This document shows, in pieces, positions 29,410-39,413 of a stretch of DNA of 64,000 nt. The stretch lies in contig OZ220733.1 of the NCBI GenBank assembly GCA_965116875.1, positions 2,016,001 to 2,080,000 of the forward strand. The letters are read 5' to 3'. The position numbers were made by a program, and so were the translations under genes. Numbering within the stretch: the stretch's first letter is position 1; the number at the start of each line of letters is the position of its first letter. The notes below the pieces were generated by a model. That model ran no database searches. It was not told where the DNA came from and saw nothing but the letters and a program-made list of their open reading frames with translations. Source of the DNA: Candidatus Latescibacterota bacterium (GTDB taxonomy: Bacteria; Latescibacterota; UBA2968; GCA-2709665).

Positions 29410-29613
29410 AAGGCGCTCTGCGCAGGCGTTTGTGAAAAGCCACGGAAAAAAAGATCCTGAGGTACGATTAGAGTCCGGACGGTGCGCTGTCCGGGCTCTA
29501 ATCATTTGCGTTTTTTTGAACTCATGGCGCATGGTCTGTGTCTTTTGGGAAGGAAGGTCTATGGATATCAGCCTCAGTTAAATGTCCACGACGCAAAAAT
29601 TGAAGGTCTTGCA

Positions 29614-31932
29614 ATGCCATCTCTGATAGTTCGTCAGGTGGGGCGTTACCGTGCAGCATTGAGTTCTTTGGTGTTGGTTGTACTCTGCATTGGATTCGTT
29701 CTCACAGGGCCGAGTGACGCCGGTGATACTCAGCTTGCGGAAAGGCTCTATGAGACGGCGATGGAGCAGGCCGGTCGCGTTTCTGCTAAGGAGAATATTA
29801 AAGCCTTCCAGCGAGTCTTGACGGTGGACCGGGACTTTGCGCCTGCCCACTACGAAATCGCGAAGCTGTATATGTCCCTTGACACGCCGATGGACCGTCA
29901 GAGCGCCCGGAAGGCGCTGGACGAGGCGATTCGGCTGGATCCAGGCAACGGGGACTATCAATTGAAGCTTGGTGAGTTACTCGGTAAGCAGGGGCTATGG
30001 TTGAATGCCGAACGTCATTATGAAAAGGTATGTGAGACCCATCCCGAAAAGTTTTCCGAGGCAGCCTATATGGTAGGTTTTTTTGCCATGCAGGCGTTCC
30101 TGAAGTATATCGATATGGAGCATATAGATATCATCAGTGGAGGGGGGCCACCTACATATCACCTGTTTCGTTGGGAAGAATTCGGTGCGCGCGATCGGGA
30201 AAAAGCACTGGCATTCTTAACCAAAAGCATAGAGTCCGATCCTCGAATTCGAGCCGCGTATTTCGATTTAGGACTGATACATTTCGAAAGCAGAAACCCC
30301 AAAGGATTGCTGATGGCATCAAAGCTATGCCTGGATCAGTATCCCGAGGATAAGGACGCGCTGCTTTATTGCGGCCTGGGACATCAGGAAATTGGCGAAG
30401 AGGATGTTGCCTACACCTACTATACCCGTGCCCTGGAGCGAATGTCGGCGCAGGAACGCGCGTTAATGGAGTCGGTGGACCTGATTGCAAGCCAGAAGGA
30501 ACAAACGGCGCTTGATTCGATTGCGACAACCGATACGACCCGAACCGGATGGACGGATGACACTGAGCGGGTGCGGTTCTGGCGGAAGCGCGATCCTCTT
30601 TATCTGACGGCATTCAGCGAGCGGCGGATGGAACACTACGGGCGCGTGGCGTATGCCAATCTTCGATACGGGCAGCGATTGAAGGGCATACCGGGGTGGC
30701 AAACGGACCGTGGGAAAGCACATATCAAATTCGGGCGGTATCTCAGCAAAACGGCAACTCGGCTGGAGCTGCCAGGCGGTGTCGATGGGTTAAGCACCGG
30801 GATTAGCAGAGTCGTTCAGGGTGGGAATGAGGAGTGGTTCTATAGTGGATTTTCGATTTCGTTTGTCAACAGCGACGGGCTGGATTCGTGGCGTTTCGAC
30901 ACCCGTCCGGGTCGCGTATCGGCTCGATATACGTTCGATCATCAACCGACTCATTATCTGGACCCGTTCCGTCTCAGCAAGTATAGAGTCCCATACCAGG
31001 TTGCAAGTTTCAAGGACGGCGACACGTACCGTGTGGAACTGGCGTATGCGCTGCACAAATACAATGTGTCTGCTACCCATGCCGACGATGACTTTGTCCT
31101 GGAAAACGGGGTGTTTCTGTTTGACGAGCAGTGGGACGAGGTGTATCAGAAGCGTTCCGATCTCAACCTTAGTTGGCCTGAGTTAACGTCCAGCGGATAT
31201 CCCGTTGCGGACAGCCTGCGCAATAGCCATCTGGTGTTTCAGCTGGCATTCAAAGTGCCGGCCGGGACGTACCATCTGGTGGGCGAGGTGCGGGACAAAG
31301 AGAAGGGGTCGATCGGGACGTTCGGTGAGGAGCGTGGCGTTGCGACTGCAGATTCTTCCTTGTCGATGAGCGATCTGCTGTTGGCTACGCAGATTGAGAC
31401 GGGGACGGCGTTTCCGGAGAGAAGGAGTCACCTCAACGTTGTGGCGAATCCACTGCGGACCTACCATCATTCTGAACCTGCGTTCATCTACCTGGAAGTG
31501 TATAACCTGAAGCGAGATGAGTACGGACGCACGGAATATGAGATCTCCTATCGTATCGGCAGGCCTGGAGAGGACGAAATCGATCCGTACCTGTTCCTGG
31601 CGCAGCGGTTGCCGGAGAATGGCAAGTCATCGGGTGCGGCACAGGTGAGTGTGACGCGGAACGAAAGGCTGGAGGTCACGGAGGTGAAAGAGGTACGGGA
31701 GCCTGGAGACGATGAAGAGGCCAGGCGGATCAAAGAAAAGGCACGAAGCCAAGAGGGGTTGGAGACGACGGTAACGAGCCGTTATGAGGGAGATCGCGAG
31801 GACGATTTCACGTATTTGCAGATCGACCTGGACCACGTCCCTGTGGGTGTGCATCGATTAACGGTGCGTGTCAAGGACGTGCATACCGGACAAACCGCGG
31901 CGCGCGAAGAGTTGTTCCGCGTGATCGAGTGA
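29614..31932 (+). CDS. TPR and GWxTD-domain protein, paralogue 2
   Basis: Signal-like N-terminus, TPRs, FWRKRDP, canonical GWQTDRG and IYLEVYNL. The ORF is open from 29482. Confidence 0.87.
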   Translation: MPSLIVRQVGRYRAALSSLVLVVLCIGFVLTGPSDAGDTQLAERLYETAMEQAGRVSAKENIKAFQRVLTVDRDFAPAHYEIAKLYMSLDTPMDRQSARKALDEAIRLDPGNGDYQLKLGELLGKQGLWLNAERHYEKVCETHPEKFSEAAYMVGFFAMQAFLKYIDMEHIDIISGGGPPTYHLFRWEEFGARDREKALAFLTKSIESDPRIRAAYFDLGLIHFESRNPKGLLMASKLCLDQYPEDKDALLYCGLGHQEIGEEDVAYTYYTRALERMSAQERALMESVDLIASQKEQTALDSIATTDTTRTGWTDDTERVRFWRKRDPLYLTAFSERRMEHYGRVAYANLRYGQRLKGIPGWQTDRGKAHIKFGRYLSKTATRLELPGGVDGLSTGISRVVQGGNEEWFYSGFSISFVNSDGLDSWRFDTRPGRVSARYTFDHQPTHYLDPFRLSKYRVPYQVASFKDGDTYRVELAYALHKYNVSATHADDDFVLENGVFLFDEQWDEVYQKRSDLNLSWPELTSSGYPVADSLRNSHLVFQLAFKVPAGTYHLVGEVRDKEKGSIGTFGEERGVATADSSLSMSDLLLATQIETGTAFPERRSHLNVVANPLRTYHHSEPAFIYLEVYNLKRDEYGRTEYEISYRIGRPGEDEIDPYLFLAQRLPENGKSSGAAQVSVTRNERLEVTEVKEVREPGDDEEARRIKEKARSQEGLETTVTSRYEGDREDDFTYLQIDLDHVPVGVHRLTVRVKDVHTGQTAAREELFRVIE

Positions 31933-32075
31933 ACTGGTTGACGTTGCGGATGTACTCGACGGAGCAGATGCAGCAAAATCAGCATCAGCACAGATGCGTG
32001 AAGAAAGAGTCAGGCGTAAAGGCGATGGGGAAGTTCTGGATTGGTCTATTTCGACCAGGGTTTGGAGGTCAGGGT

Positions 32076-34505
32076 ATGTCAAGCCAGCCAGACATTAGGA
32101 TTCGAAGGTGCTGTCGACGGCTGATTGCTTGGTTTTCAGGGTTGTTGTGTTACGGTTTCTGTTTCACCATGTCGATTGAACCCGCCAAGCAGGACGATGC
32201 CGACAGCCTTTATTATGTAGCTATGGCCCGCGTGGATACCGTTGCAATTCAGCAGAGTCTGGATGCATTCCGTGACGTATTGAAGGTAAATCAGGACCAC
32301 GCACCGGCTCAATATGAAATCGCGAAGCTGTATATGTCCCTTGACACGCCAATGGATCGCCAGAGCGCGCGCAAGTCATTGGATATTGCCATTCGACTGG
32401 ATCCAAGTAATTGGGATTATCAACTGATGTACGGGGAAATACTCGGCAAGCAAGGGCTATGGCTAAATGCCGAAAGGCATTTTGAGAAGGTATGTGAGAC
32501 ACATCCTGAAAAATACGCTGAAGCGTCGTACATGGTCGCCTTCTTTGCCATGCAGGCGTTCCTGAAGTATATCGAAATGGAGCATTTCGATATCGTGAAT
32601 GGAATGATGGACGATCCTGCAACGTACCACCAGTTTCGTTGGGAGGAACACGGTGCCCGAGATCGCGAGAAGGCGATGGCTTTTCTGATAAAGAGCATAG
32701 AGTCCGATCCTCGAATTCGAGCCGTGTATTTCGATTTGGGACTGATCCACTATGAAAGCAAGAATCCCAAAGGTTTGGTGACGGCATCAAAGCTGTGCCT
32801 GGATCAATATCCCGAGGATAAGGACGCGTTGCTCTATTGCGGGCTGGGATACCAGGGGATGGGTGAATGGGAAACTGCCCAAGAGTATTACATGCGTGCC
32901 CTGGAAGTAATGTCGACGGAGGAACGGGCGTTAATGGAGTCGGTGGACCTGATTGCAAGCCAAGAGGAAAATTTGGCGCCGGATTCGATTTCGACAACCG
33001 ATACGACCCGAGTGAGAGGGACGGATAACCGAGAGCGGGTACGGTTCTGGCGGAAGCGCGATCCACTGTATCTGACTGCATTCAGCGAGCGGCGTCTGGA
33101 ACACTATGGACGGGTGGCGTATGCCCACCTTCGATATGGGCAGCGATTGAAAGGAATACCGGGGTGGCAGACGGACCGTGGGAAAGCGCATATCAAATTC
33201 GGGCGCGCTCTCAATAAGAAGGCAAAGCGACTAGAAATCCCAGGAGGTGTTGACTCGTTCGAAGGCAATTTCGGCCGAAATATTCAGGGGGGAGACGAGG
33301 TGTGGTTCTACGAAGGATTCTCGATCTCCTTTGTCAATGGCGACGGGCTGGATTCCTGGCGTTTCGACACCCGCCCGGGTCGCATATCGGCTCGACATAG
33401 GTTCAACCTTCAACCTGCGCATTTTATAGACCCTTACGGTCATCAAAAGTACAGAATCCCCTACCAGGCTGCGATCTTCAAAGACGGGGACGGCCATCAC
33501 ATGGAACTGGCCTATGCGCTGCCGAAATATAACGTATCTGCCTCGGAATCGAACAGGACCATTGCTATTGAGAATGGAGTGTTTGTGTTTGACGAGGATT
33601 GGGACGAGGTGTATCGGAAGCATTCCGATCTCAAACTGAGGTGGCCCGAATTGACACCCAGTGGGTATCCGGTTTCTGACAGCCTGCGGAATAGTCACCT
33701 GGTTTTTCAGTTGGCATTCAAGGTGCCGACCAGCGAATACAATCTGGTTGGAGAGGTTCGTGATCGAAAGCGCGGATCGATCGGCACGTTTCGGGAAAGG
33801 CGCCGGTCCGGGACGTTAGATTCCCTGTTCTCTATGAGCGATCTGTTGCTGGCCACGCAAATCGAATCACGAACCCCGTTTCCGAATGGAAGGAGCGATC
33901 TCACGATCGTAGCGAATCCACAGCGGACGTACCATCGGTCCGAACCCGCGTTTATTTACCTGGAAGTGTATAACCTGGAGCGGGACGAATTCGGGCGCAC
34001 AGAGTATCAAATTGCCTATCGAATAGGACGGCCGGAGCAGAAGAAGATCGACCCGTACCTGTTCCTGGCGCAGCGGCTGCCCGAGGGCGGCAGGCATTTG
34101 CAGGTCACACGTGAAATCAGGACTAGCCATACGGGCATGCGTCGACCTGTCCGGTCGACCGAGGAGGAAGAAGACCGTCAGGGCGGCTTTCCGGTCACGC
34201 CGCCGTTAGTGGTCCCGGATTATTTCGACGTGAAGAGGACGGACGAATTTACGTACCGTGCACGGTTTGTGTTTCCGGACGCGGAGGAACTTGCCAGCCG
34301 AATAAAGGAGAAGGGCCGAACCAGGGAGGGAGCGGAGACCACGATCACGGCGCGCTATGAGGGCGATCGCGAGGACGATTTCACGTATCTGCAGATTGAC
34401 CTCACCCACGTGCCTGCTGGCGTTCACCGCTTGTCGGTTAATGTCAGGGACATGCATAGTGATCAGGTGGTATCACGAGACGCATTGTTCCGCGTGATTG
34501 AATGA
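32076..34505 (+). CDS. TPR and GWxTD-domain protein, paralogue 3 (tandem duplicate of paralogue 2)
   Basis: GGAGG RBS before 32076, GWQTDRG motif, and extensive identity to 29614-31932. The ORF is open from 31929. Confidence 0.87.
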   Translation: MSSQPDIRIRRCCRRLIAWFSGLLCYGFCFTMSIEPAKQDDADSLYYVAMARVDTVAIQQSLDAFRDVLKVNQDHAPAQYEIAKLYMSLDTPMDRQSARKSLDIAIRLDPSNWDYQLMYGEILGKQGLWLNAERHFEKVCETHPEKYAEASYMVAFFAMQAFLKYIEMEHFDIVNGMMDDPATYHQFRWEEHGARDREKAMAFLIKSIESDPRIRAVYFDLGLIHYESKNPKGLVTASKLCLDQYPEDKDALLYCGLGYQGMGEWETAQEYYMRALEVMSTEERALMESVDLIASQEENLAPDSISTTDTTRVRGTDNRERVRFWRKRDPLYLTAFSERRLEHYGRVAYAHLRYGQRLKGIPGWQTDRGKAHIKFGRALNKKAKRLEIPGGVDSFEGNFGRNIQGGDEVWFYEGFSISFVNGDGLDSWRFDTRPGRISARHRFNLQPAHFIDPYGHQKYRIPYQAAIFKDGDGHHMELAYALPKYNVSASESNRTIAIENGVFVFDEDWDEVYRKHSDLKLRWPELTPSGYPVSDSLRNSHLVFQLAFKVPTSEYNLVGEVRDRKRGSIGTFRERRRSGTLDSLFSMSDLLLATQIESRTPFPNGRSDLTIVANPQRTYHRSEPAFIYLEVYNLERDEFGRTEYQIAYRIGRPEQKKIDPYLFLAQRLPEGGRHLQVTREIRTSHTGMRRPVRSTEEEEDRQGGFPVTPPLVVPDYFDVKRTDEFTYRARFVFPDAEELASRIKEKGRTREGAETTITARYEGDREDDFTYLQIDLTHVPAGVHRLSVNVRDMHSDQVVSRDALFRVIE

Positions 34506-34819
34506 ATATCCGGATATTCTGGAAAGTGCTGAAGTGTTGTCCGAGTGGTTGCAGGGTAGACGGCATCCATGATCCGAATATCCTGGTTTCGCCAGTAATT
34601 GCACGCTCGGACGCATGACAGATCCCCATTTATCCTCCGGCGGATATATTCGTTAGAACCGGATGATTCCGCTAAATCTTGATTAATAATTTAAATGAAC
34701 CTACTTTATGATAACGAACGGATGCTGTGATGGCTTACCATTAACAACGTCGGCTATTGGAGAACTGAAACGTGACGCGAGCACTTGCCCGCGCTCAGCG
34801 GTCAATGGAGGCCGTTGAA

Positions 34820-35854
34820 ATGTGGAGACGATGTGTAGTTATCGCATTGCTTGCCCTTGGAGCGATGTTGACTGCGAAGCAGTTTGCGACAGCTCAATCC
34901 GCTCGTGATGCCGATTTCGACGCCAACGGTATTGTGGACTTCGGGGACTTCATTCTATTCGCGCAGGCGTTCGGCTCGGATCAGTCCAATTTCGACCTTG
35001 ATGCCAGTGGAAACGTCGATTTTCCGGATTTCATCCTCTTTGCGCAGCGGTTTGGGGAGGGTATGCCGGCAGAAAGCATCACGATAACGCTTCCGAGAGG
35101 GATAGAGCTGGAAATGGTGTGGATCCAGCCGGGCAGGTTTATGATGGGCTCCCCCACTACAGAACCAGAAAGAGACGACGACGAGGGTCCCCAACATGAG
35201 GTCACGATCACGACGGGGTTCTATCTGGGCAAGTACGAAGTCACCCAGGCGCAATGGGAGAGCGTGATGAATACGCGGCCATGGGCGGGGTCGGGAGCAT
35301 CAGGTGATCCCGAAAAAGCGAACTTCCCTGCTTTTTTTGTGCGCTGGGACGACGTTAAGACGTTTGTTCGCAGATTGAACGACACGGAAGGAAGGGATGT
35401 TTTCCGATTGCCCACCGAAGCGGAGTGGGAATATGCGTGCAGGGCCGGGACATCGAGTCCATGGTCGTTCGGTGACGACTTGACCCGGATGGGTGATTAC
35501 GCACGCTATTACGAGAACTCGCGAACTGCGACAGTTCAGGATGACGGCCGCGTCGTCTACGGATCTCCGGAGGCGCAGGAAGCAGGGGGCGTGTTTCCAA
35601 ACCCATGGGGCCTTTACGATATGCATGGAAACGTCCGTGAATGGGTTCAGGATTTCTACGGGCCGTATACGGATAAGCCGCAGACAGATCCCACGGGGCC
35701 AGAAGCTCCCGTCGAAGGAGGACAGCCTGAAAACAACCATGTTGTACGAGGCGGCTCTCACAACGACAGGCCACCGGCGTTGCGGTCGGCGGCACGTCTT
35801 CGCAGCGGAACGAGCATTCGCACAGGATTCCGTCTGTTGCGAGATCATCAGTAG
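34820..35854 (+). CDS. Dockerin/EF-hand-like plus FGE-sulfatase domain protein, paralogue 2
   Basis: GGAGG RBS, signal peptide, and the same motifs as 18722-19756. Confidence 0.88.
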   Translation: MWRRCVVIALLALGAMLTAKQFATAQSARDADFDANGIVDFGDFILFAQAFGSDQSNFDLDASGNVDFPDFILFAQRFGEGMPAESITITLPRGIELEMVWIQPGRFMMGSPTTEPERDDDEGPQHEVTITTGFYLGKYEVTQAQWESVMNTRPWAGSGASGDPEKANFPAFFVRWDDVKTFVRRLNDTEGRDVFRLPTEAEWEYACRAGTSSPWSFGDDLTRMGDYARYYENSRTATVQDDGRVVYGSPEAQEAGGVFPNPWGLYDMHGNVREWVQDFYGPYTDKPQTDPTGPEAPVEGGQPENNHVVRGGSHNDRPPALRSAARLRSGTSIRTGFRLLRDHQ

Positions 35855-35913
35855 ATTTCCCGTCCCCGCCCCGCCTGGCTATCAGGACCATAAACCGCCC
35901 TTTGGGCATTTGT

Positions 35914-35987
35914 CCCGGGAATTGAGAAGTCATACGCCGAATCGCGTACACGTCGCGGTTCGTTGACCAGCGGGAGATTTGTGTAAA
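35914..35987 (+). repeat. Intergenic repeat of the FGE tandem array (second copy at 37062-37135)
   Basis: CCCGGGAATTGAGAAGTCATA.GCCGAATCGCGTACACGTCG.GGTTCGTTGACCAGCGGGAGA is near-identical before paralogues 3 and 4. Confidence 0.8.
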
Positions 35988-37022
35988 ATGAGACGATTTA
36001 CAATTATTGGCTTGCTTGCCCTTGGAACTCTGTTGACTGCCTGGCAGTTTTCGATAGCACAATCCGCTCGTGATGCCGATTTCGACGCCAACGGTATTGT
36101 GGACTTCGGGGACTTCATCCTGTTCGCACAGGCGTTCGGCTCGGATCAGTCCAATTTCGACCTTGATGCCAGTGGAAAAGTCGATTTTCCGGATTTCATC
36201 CTTTTTGCGCAGCGGTTTGGGGAGGGTATGCCAGAAGAGAAAATTACGGTAACCCTTCCTGGTGGCACGAAGCTGGAGATGGTCTGGATCCAACCCGGCA
36301 GGTTCCTGATGGGATCGCCCGACTCTGAGCCCGGTCGGGAGGATCACGAGGGTCCCCAGCATGAAGTCACGATCACAAAGGGATTCTACTTCGGCAAGCG
36401 TGAAGTCACGCAGGCGCAGTGGGAAAGCGTCATGAACACCCGTCCGTGGATCGTAGGATCAACATCGGAGGTACCCGGTAGAGAAAACTATCCCGCCAAC
36501 AGAATGCGCTGGAGCGAAGTCGAAACATTCATCCGTAGGCTGAACGAAGAGTTAGGGGAGGACGTCTTCCGATTACCCACCGAGGCAGAATGGGAATATG
36601 CATGCAGGGCCGGCACAACGACCCGCTGGTTCTTTGGAGAGGACTCGACACGAATCGCCGATTTCGCGCGTTATTATGAAAACTCACGAAGGACGATCGT
36701 TAGGGATGACGGTAGCATAACCTATGGAAGCCCCGAGGTGCAGGAAACGGGCAGTGTTTTTCCAAACCCCTGGGGTCTGTACGATATGCACGGGAATGTG
36801 CGGGAGTTGGTGCAGGATTACTACGGTTCATTCTCAGACCATCCGCAGACCGATCCCAGGGGGCCGGACGGTCCCACTGGAAGGCGCGCTCCGGACGGGA
36901 GTCACGTCGAAAGAGGAGGGTCCAGTTTCGACCGCCCCGAGTGGATACGTTCGGCTGTCCGCTCGGTCGGGTGGGTGCCTAACGCTTTCACCGGGTTTCG
37001 CGTGTTGATGGAATACAGATAG
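35988..37022 (+). CDS. Dockerin/EF-hand-like plus FGE-sulfatase domain protein, paralogue 3
   Basis: GGAG RBS, signal peptide, RLPTEAEWEYACRAG and GLYDMHGNV. Confidence 0.88.
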   Translation: MRRFTIIGLLALGTLLTAWQFSIAQSARDADFDANGIVDFGDFILFAQAFGSDQSNFDLDASGKVDFPDFILFAQRFGEGMPEEKITVTLPGGTKLEMVWIQPGRFLMGSPDSEPGREDHEGPQHEVTITKGFYFGKREVTQAQWESVMNTRPWIVGSTSEVPGRENYPANRMRWSEVETFIRRLNEELGEDVFRLPTEAEWEYACRAGTTTRWFFGEDSTRIADFARYYENSRRTIVRDDGSITYGSPEVQETGSVFPNPWGLYDMHGNVRELVQDYYGSFSDHPQTDPRGPDGPTGRRAPDGSHVERGGSSFDRPEWIRSAVRSVGWVPNAFTGFRVLMEYR

Positions 37023-37135
37023 ATTCGATCAGGAACCGTGAATAGCCTTATCGGCATTGGCCCCGGGAATTGAGAAGTCATAGGCCGAATCGCGTACACG
37101 TCGTGGTTCGTTGACCAGCGGGAGACCTGTGTGAA

Positions 37136-38185
37136 ATGAGACGATATACAATAATCGCGTTTGTTGCCCTTGGAGCGTTATTGACGGTTTGGCAGCTTCC
37201 GTTCGCCCAATCCGCCCGTGATGCCGATTTCGACGCCAATGGCATTGTGGATTTCGGGGACTTCATTCTGTTCGCTCAGGCATTCGGGTCGAATCAATCT
37301 ACTTTCGACCTGAATGGCAGCGGAAGCGTCGATTTCACGGATTTTATCCTGTTTGCACAGCGGTTTGGCGATGGTATGCCAGAAGAGAAAATTGCGGTGA
37401 CACTACCCGGCGGCGCGAAGCTGGAGATGGTCTGGATCCAGCCCGGCCGCTTTCTGAGGGGATCGCCCGATATAGAGCCGGGGCGGCGGGATGACGAAGG
37501 TCCTCAGCATGAAGTTACCATTACTCAGGGGTTCTACCTCGGGAAATACGAAGTCACCCAGGCGCAGTGGCAGAGCGTGATGAATACGCGTCCGTGGGAG
37601 CGATTCGGTGCAACCGATGAACTCGAAAAGGCAAGATACCCGGCTCGCAACGCGCGTTGGGAGTGGATACAGTCATTTATTCTGAAATTGAACGAGGCGG
37701 AAGGAGCGGACATTTTCCGGTTGCCGACGGAGGCGGAGTGGGAATACGCGTGCAGGGCAGGCACCACGACACCATGGTTTTTCGGAGCCGACTCGAGCCG
37801 TATCGGCGATTATGCCCGCAATCGTGAGAATTCGCGGAAGGCGACGTTGATGCCCGACGGCCGCGTGGTCTACGGCAGCCTGGAGCCTCAGGAGACGGGG
37901 AGCGTATTGCCGAATCCGTGGGGCCTGTACGATATGTATGGGAATGTGATGGAATGGGTTCAGGATTACTGGGCTCCGTATTCAGGAGCGGCACAGATCG
38001 ATCCCAAAGGGCCCGACGAGCCTGCGGAGTTTGAAAATGTCAACGCCGGATGGCAGGGTTCATTCCATGTTGCCAGAGGGGGATATTATTTCCACACCGC
38101 TCTCAGCATGCGGTCGGCGATCCGTTTTCGTGGTGGGGGTATGAGTCAACGAATTGGGTTTCGTTTGCTGATGGAATACAGGTAG
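37136..38185 (+). CDS. Dockerin/EF-hand-like plus FGE-sulfatase domain protein, paralogue 4
   Basis: Same architecture and motifs as the other paralogues. Confidence 0.88.
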   Translation: MRRYTIIAFVALGALLTVWQLPFAQSARDADFDANGIVDFGDFILFAQAFGSNQSTFDLNGSGSVDFTDFILFAQRFGDGMPEEKIAVTLPGGAKLEMVWIQPGRFLRGSPDIEPGRRDDEGPQHEVTITQGFYLGKYEVTQAQWQSVMNTRPWERFGATDELEKARYPARNARWEWIQSFILKLNEAEGADIFRLPTEAEWEYACRAGTTTPWFFGADSSRIGDYARNRENSRKATLMPDGRVVYGSLEPQETGSVLPNPWGLYDMYGNVMEWVQDYWAPYSGAAQIDPKGPDEPAEFENVNAGWQGSFHVARGGYYFHTALSMRSAIRFRGGGMSQRIGFRLLMEYR

Positions 38186-38251
38186 ATTCGATTGGGTACC
38201 GTGAATCGCGCAATCGTGGTGGTTTGCTTACCAGCAGGAGGTCTGTGTGAA

Positions 38252-39301
38252 ATGAGACGATATACTTCTGTCGCGCTGATCACTATTGCAGCGTTGTTGA
38301 CGGTTTGGCAGCTTCCGTTTGCCCAGTCCGCCCGAAATGCAGATTTCGACTCGAATGGTATTGTGGACTTTGGAGACTTCATCCTGTTCGCACAGGCGTT
38401 CGGGTCGGATCAGTCCAATTTCGACCTGAATGGCAGCGGAAGCGTCGATTTCACGGATTTCATCCTGTTTGCACAGCGGTTTGGGGAAGGTATGCCTGAA
38501 GGGAAAATTGCGGTGACCATTCCCGGCGGCGCGAAGCTGGAGATGGTCTGGATCCAACCGGGTCGTTTCCTGATGGGGTCGCCGGTTTCTGAGACCGGAC
38601 GGGACGATGATGAGGGCCCCCTGCACGAGGTCACGATTACAAAGGGATTCTATCTGGCCAAGTTCGAACTCACGCAGGCGCAGTGGGAGAGCGTGATGAA
38701 TACGAGGCCGTGGCTCCTGGGAGTTTATACTCAGGATCCCAAAAAGCTGGATTTTCCGGCACACAGATTGTCCTGGCAGGAGGTCAATACGTTCTTCCGC
38801 AAACTAAACGAACCGGAGGGGAACGAGATCTTCCGGTTGCCCACGGAAGCGGAATGGGAATACGCGTGTAGGGCCGGCACCTCTTCGCCGTGGTCGTTCG
38901 GTAAAGACGCGACCCGAATCGTTGATTACGCGCGCTATTATGAGAACTCACGAACGGCAAACGTCCTCGAAGACGGGCGGGCTGTCTACGGCAATCCGGA
39001 ACCGCAGGAAACAGGCGGGGTCTTTCCGAACTCGTGGGGTCTGTACGACATGCACGGGAATGTATGGGAGTGGGTTCAGGATTATTACGGCCCATTTTCG
39101 GAAGAATCCCGGATCGATCCCAAAGGCCCCGATGGGCCGGCGCCCGAGATGGTCGTCAATGCCGGGTGGCCGGGCACGCTCCACGTGATCAAGGGGGGGT
39201 CGTTCGGCGACACCGTCGAGGAAGTGCGGTCGGCGGTACGCATGCGCGGCCGCGGATGGGGACAACGCACCGGAATCCGCGTACTCATGGTGCGAAGATA
39301 G
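38252..39301 (+). CDS. Dockerin/EF-hand-like plus FGE-sulfatase domain protein, paralogue 5
   Basis: AGGAGG RBS before 38252; same architecture and motifs. Confidence 0.88.
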   Translation: MRRYTSVALITIAALLTVWQLPFAQSARNADFDSNGIVDFGDFILFAQAFGSDQSNFDLNGSGSVDFTDFILFAQRFGEGMPEGKIAVTIPGGAKLEMVWIQPGRFLMGSPVSETGRDDDEGPLHEVTITKGFYLAKFELTQAQWESVMNTRPWLLGVYTQDPKKLDFPAHRLSWQEVNTFFRKLNEPEGNEIFRLPTEAEWEYACRAGTSSPWSFGKDATRIVDYARYYENSRTANVLEDGRAVYGNPEPQETGGVFPNSWGLYDMHGNVWEWVQDYYGPFSEESRIDPKGPDGPAPEMVVNAGWPGTLHVIKGGSFGDTVEEVRSAVRMRGRGWGQRTGIRVLMVRR

Positions 39302-39413
39302 TTCCGCCATGCTGAATAGGTAGTCATCCTGAGCCAGTTTCTGCAAGTATCGGTGTCCTGGAGGTGAATTCTTCAGGGTCTTTTCTTAACAAGCAGCAAC
39401 CGAGGTTGGTCGT

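Noticed and set aside
34820-39301. Diversity-generating retroelement acting on the FGE/CLec genes
   Set aside because: No reverse transcriptase or template repeat in the window. The 3' regions differ in length and at synonymous sites, not only at adenine positions.
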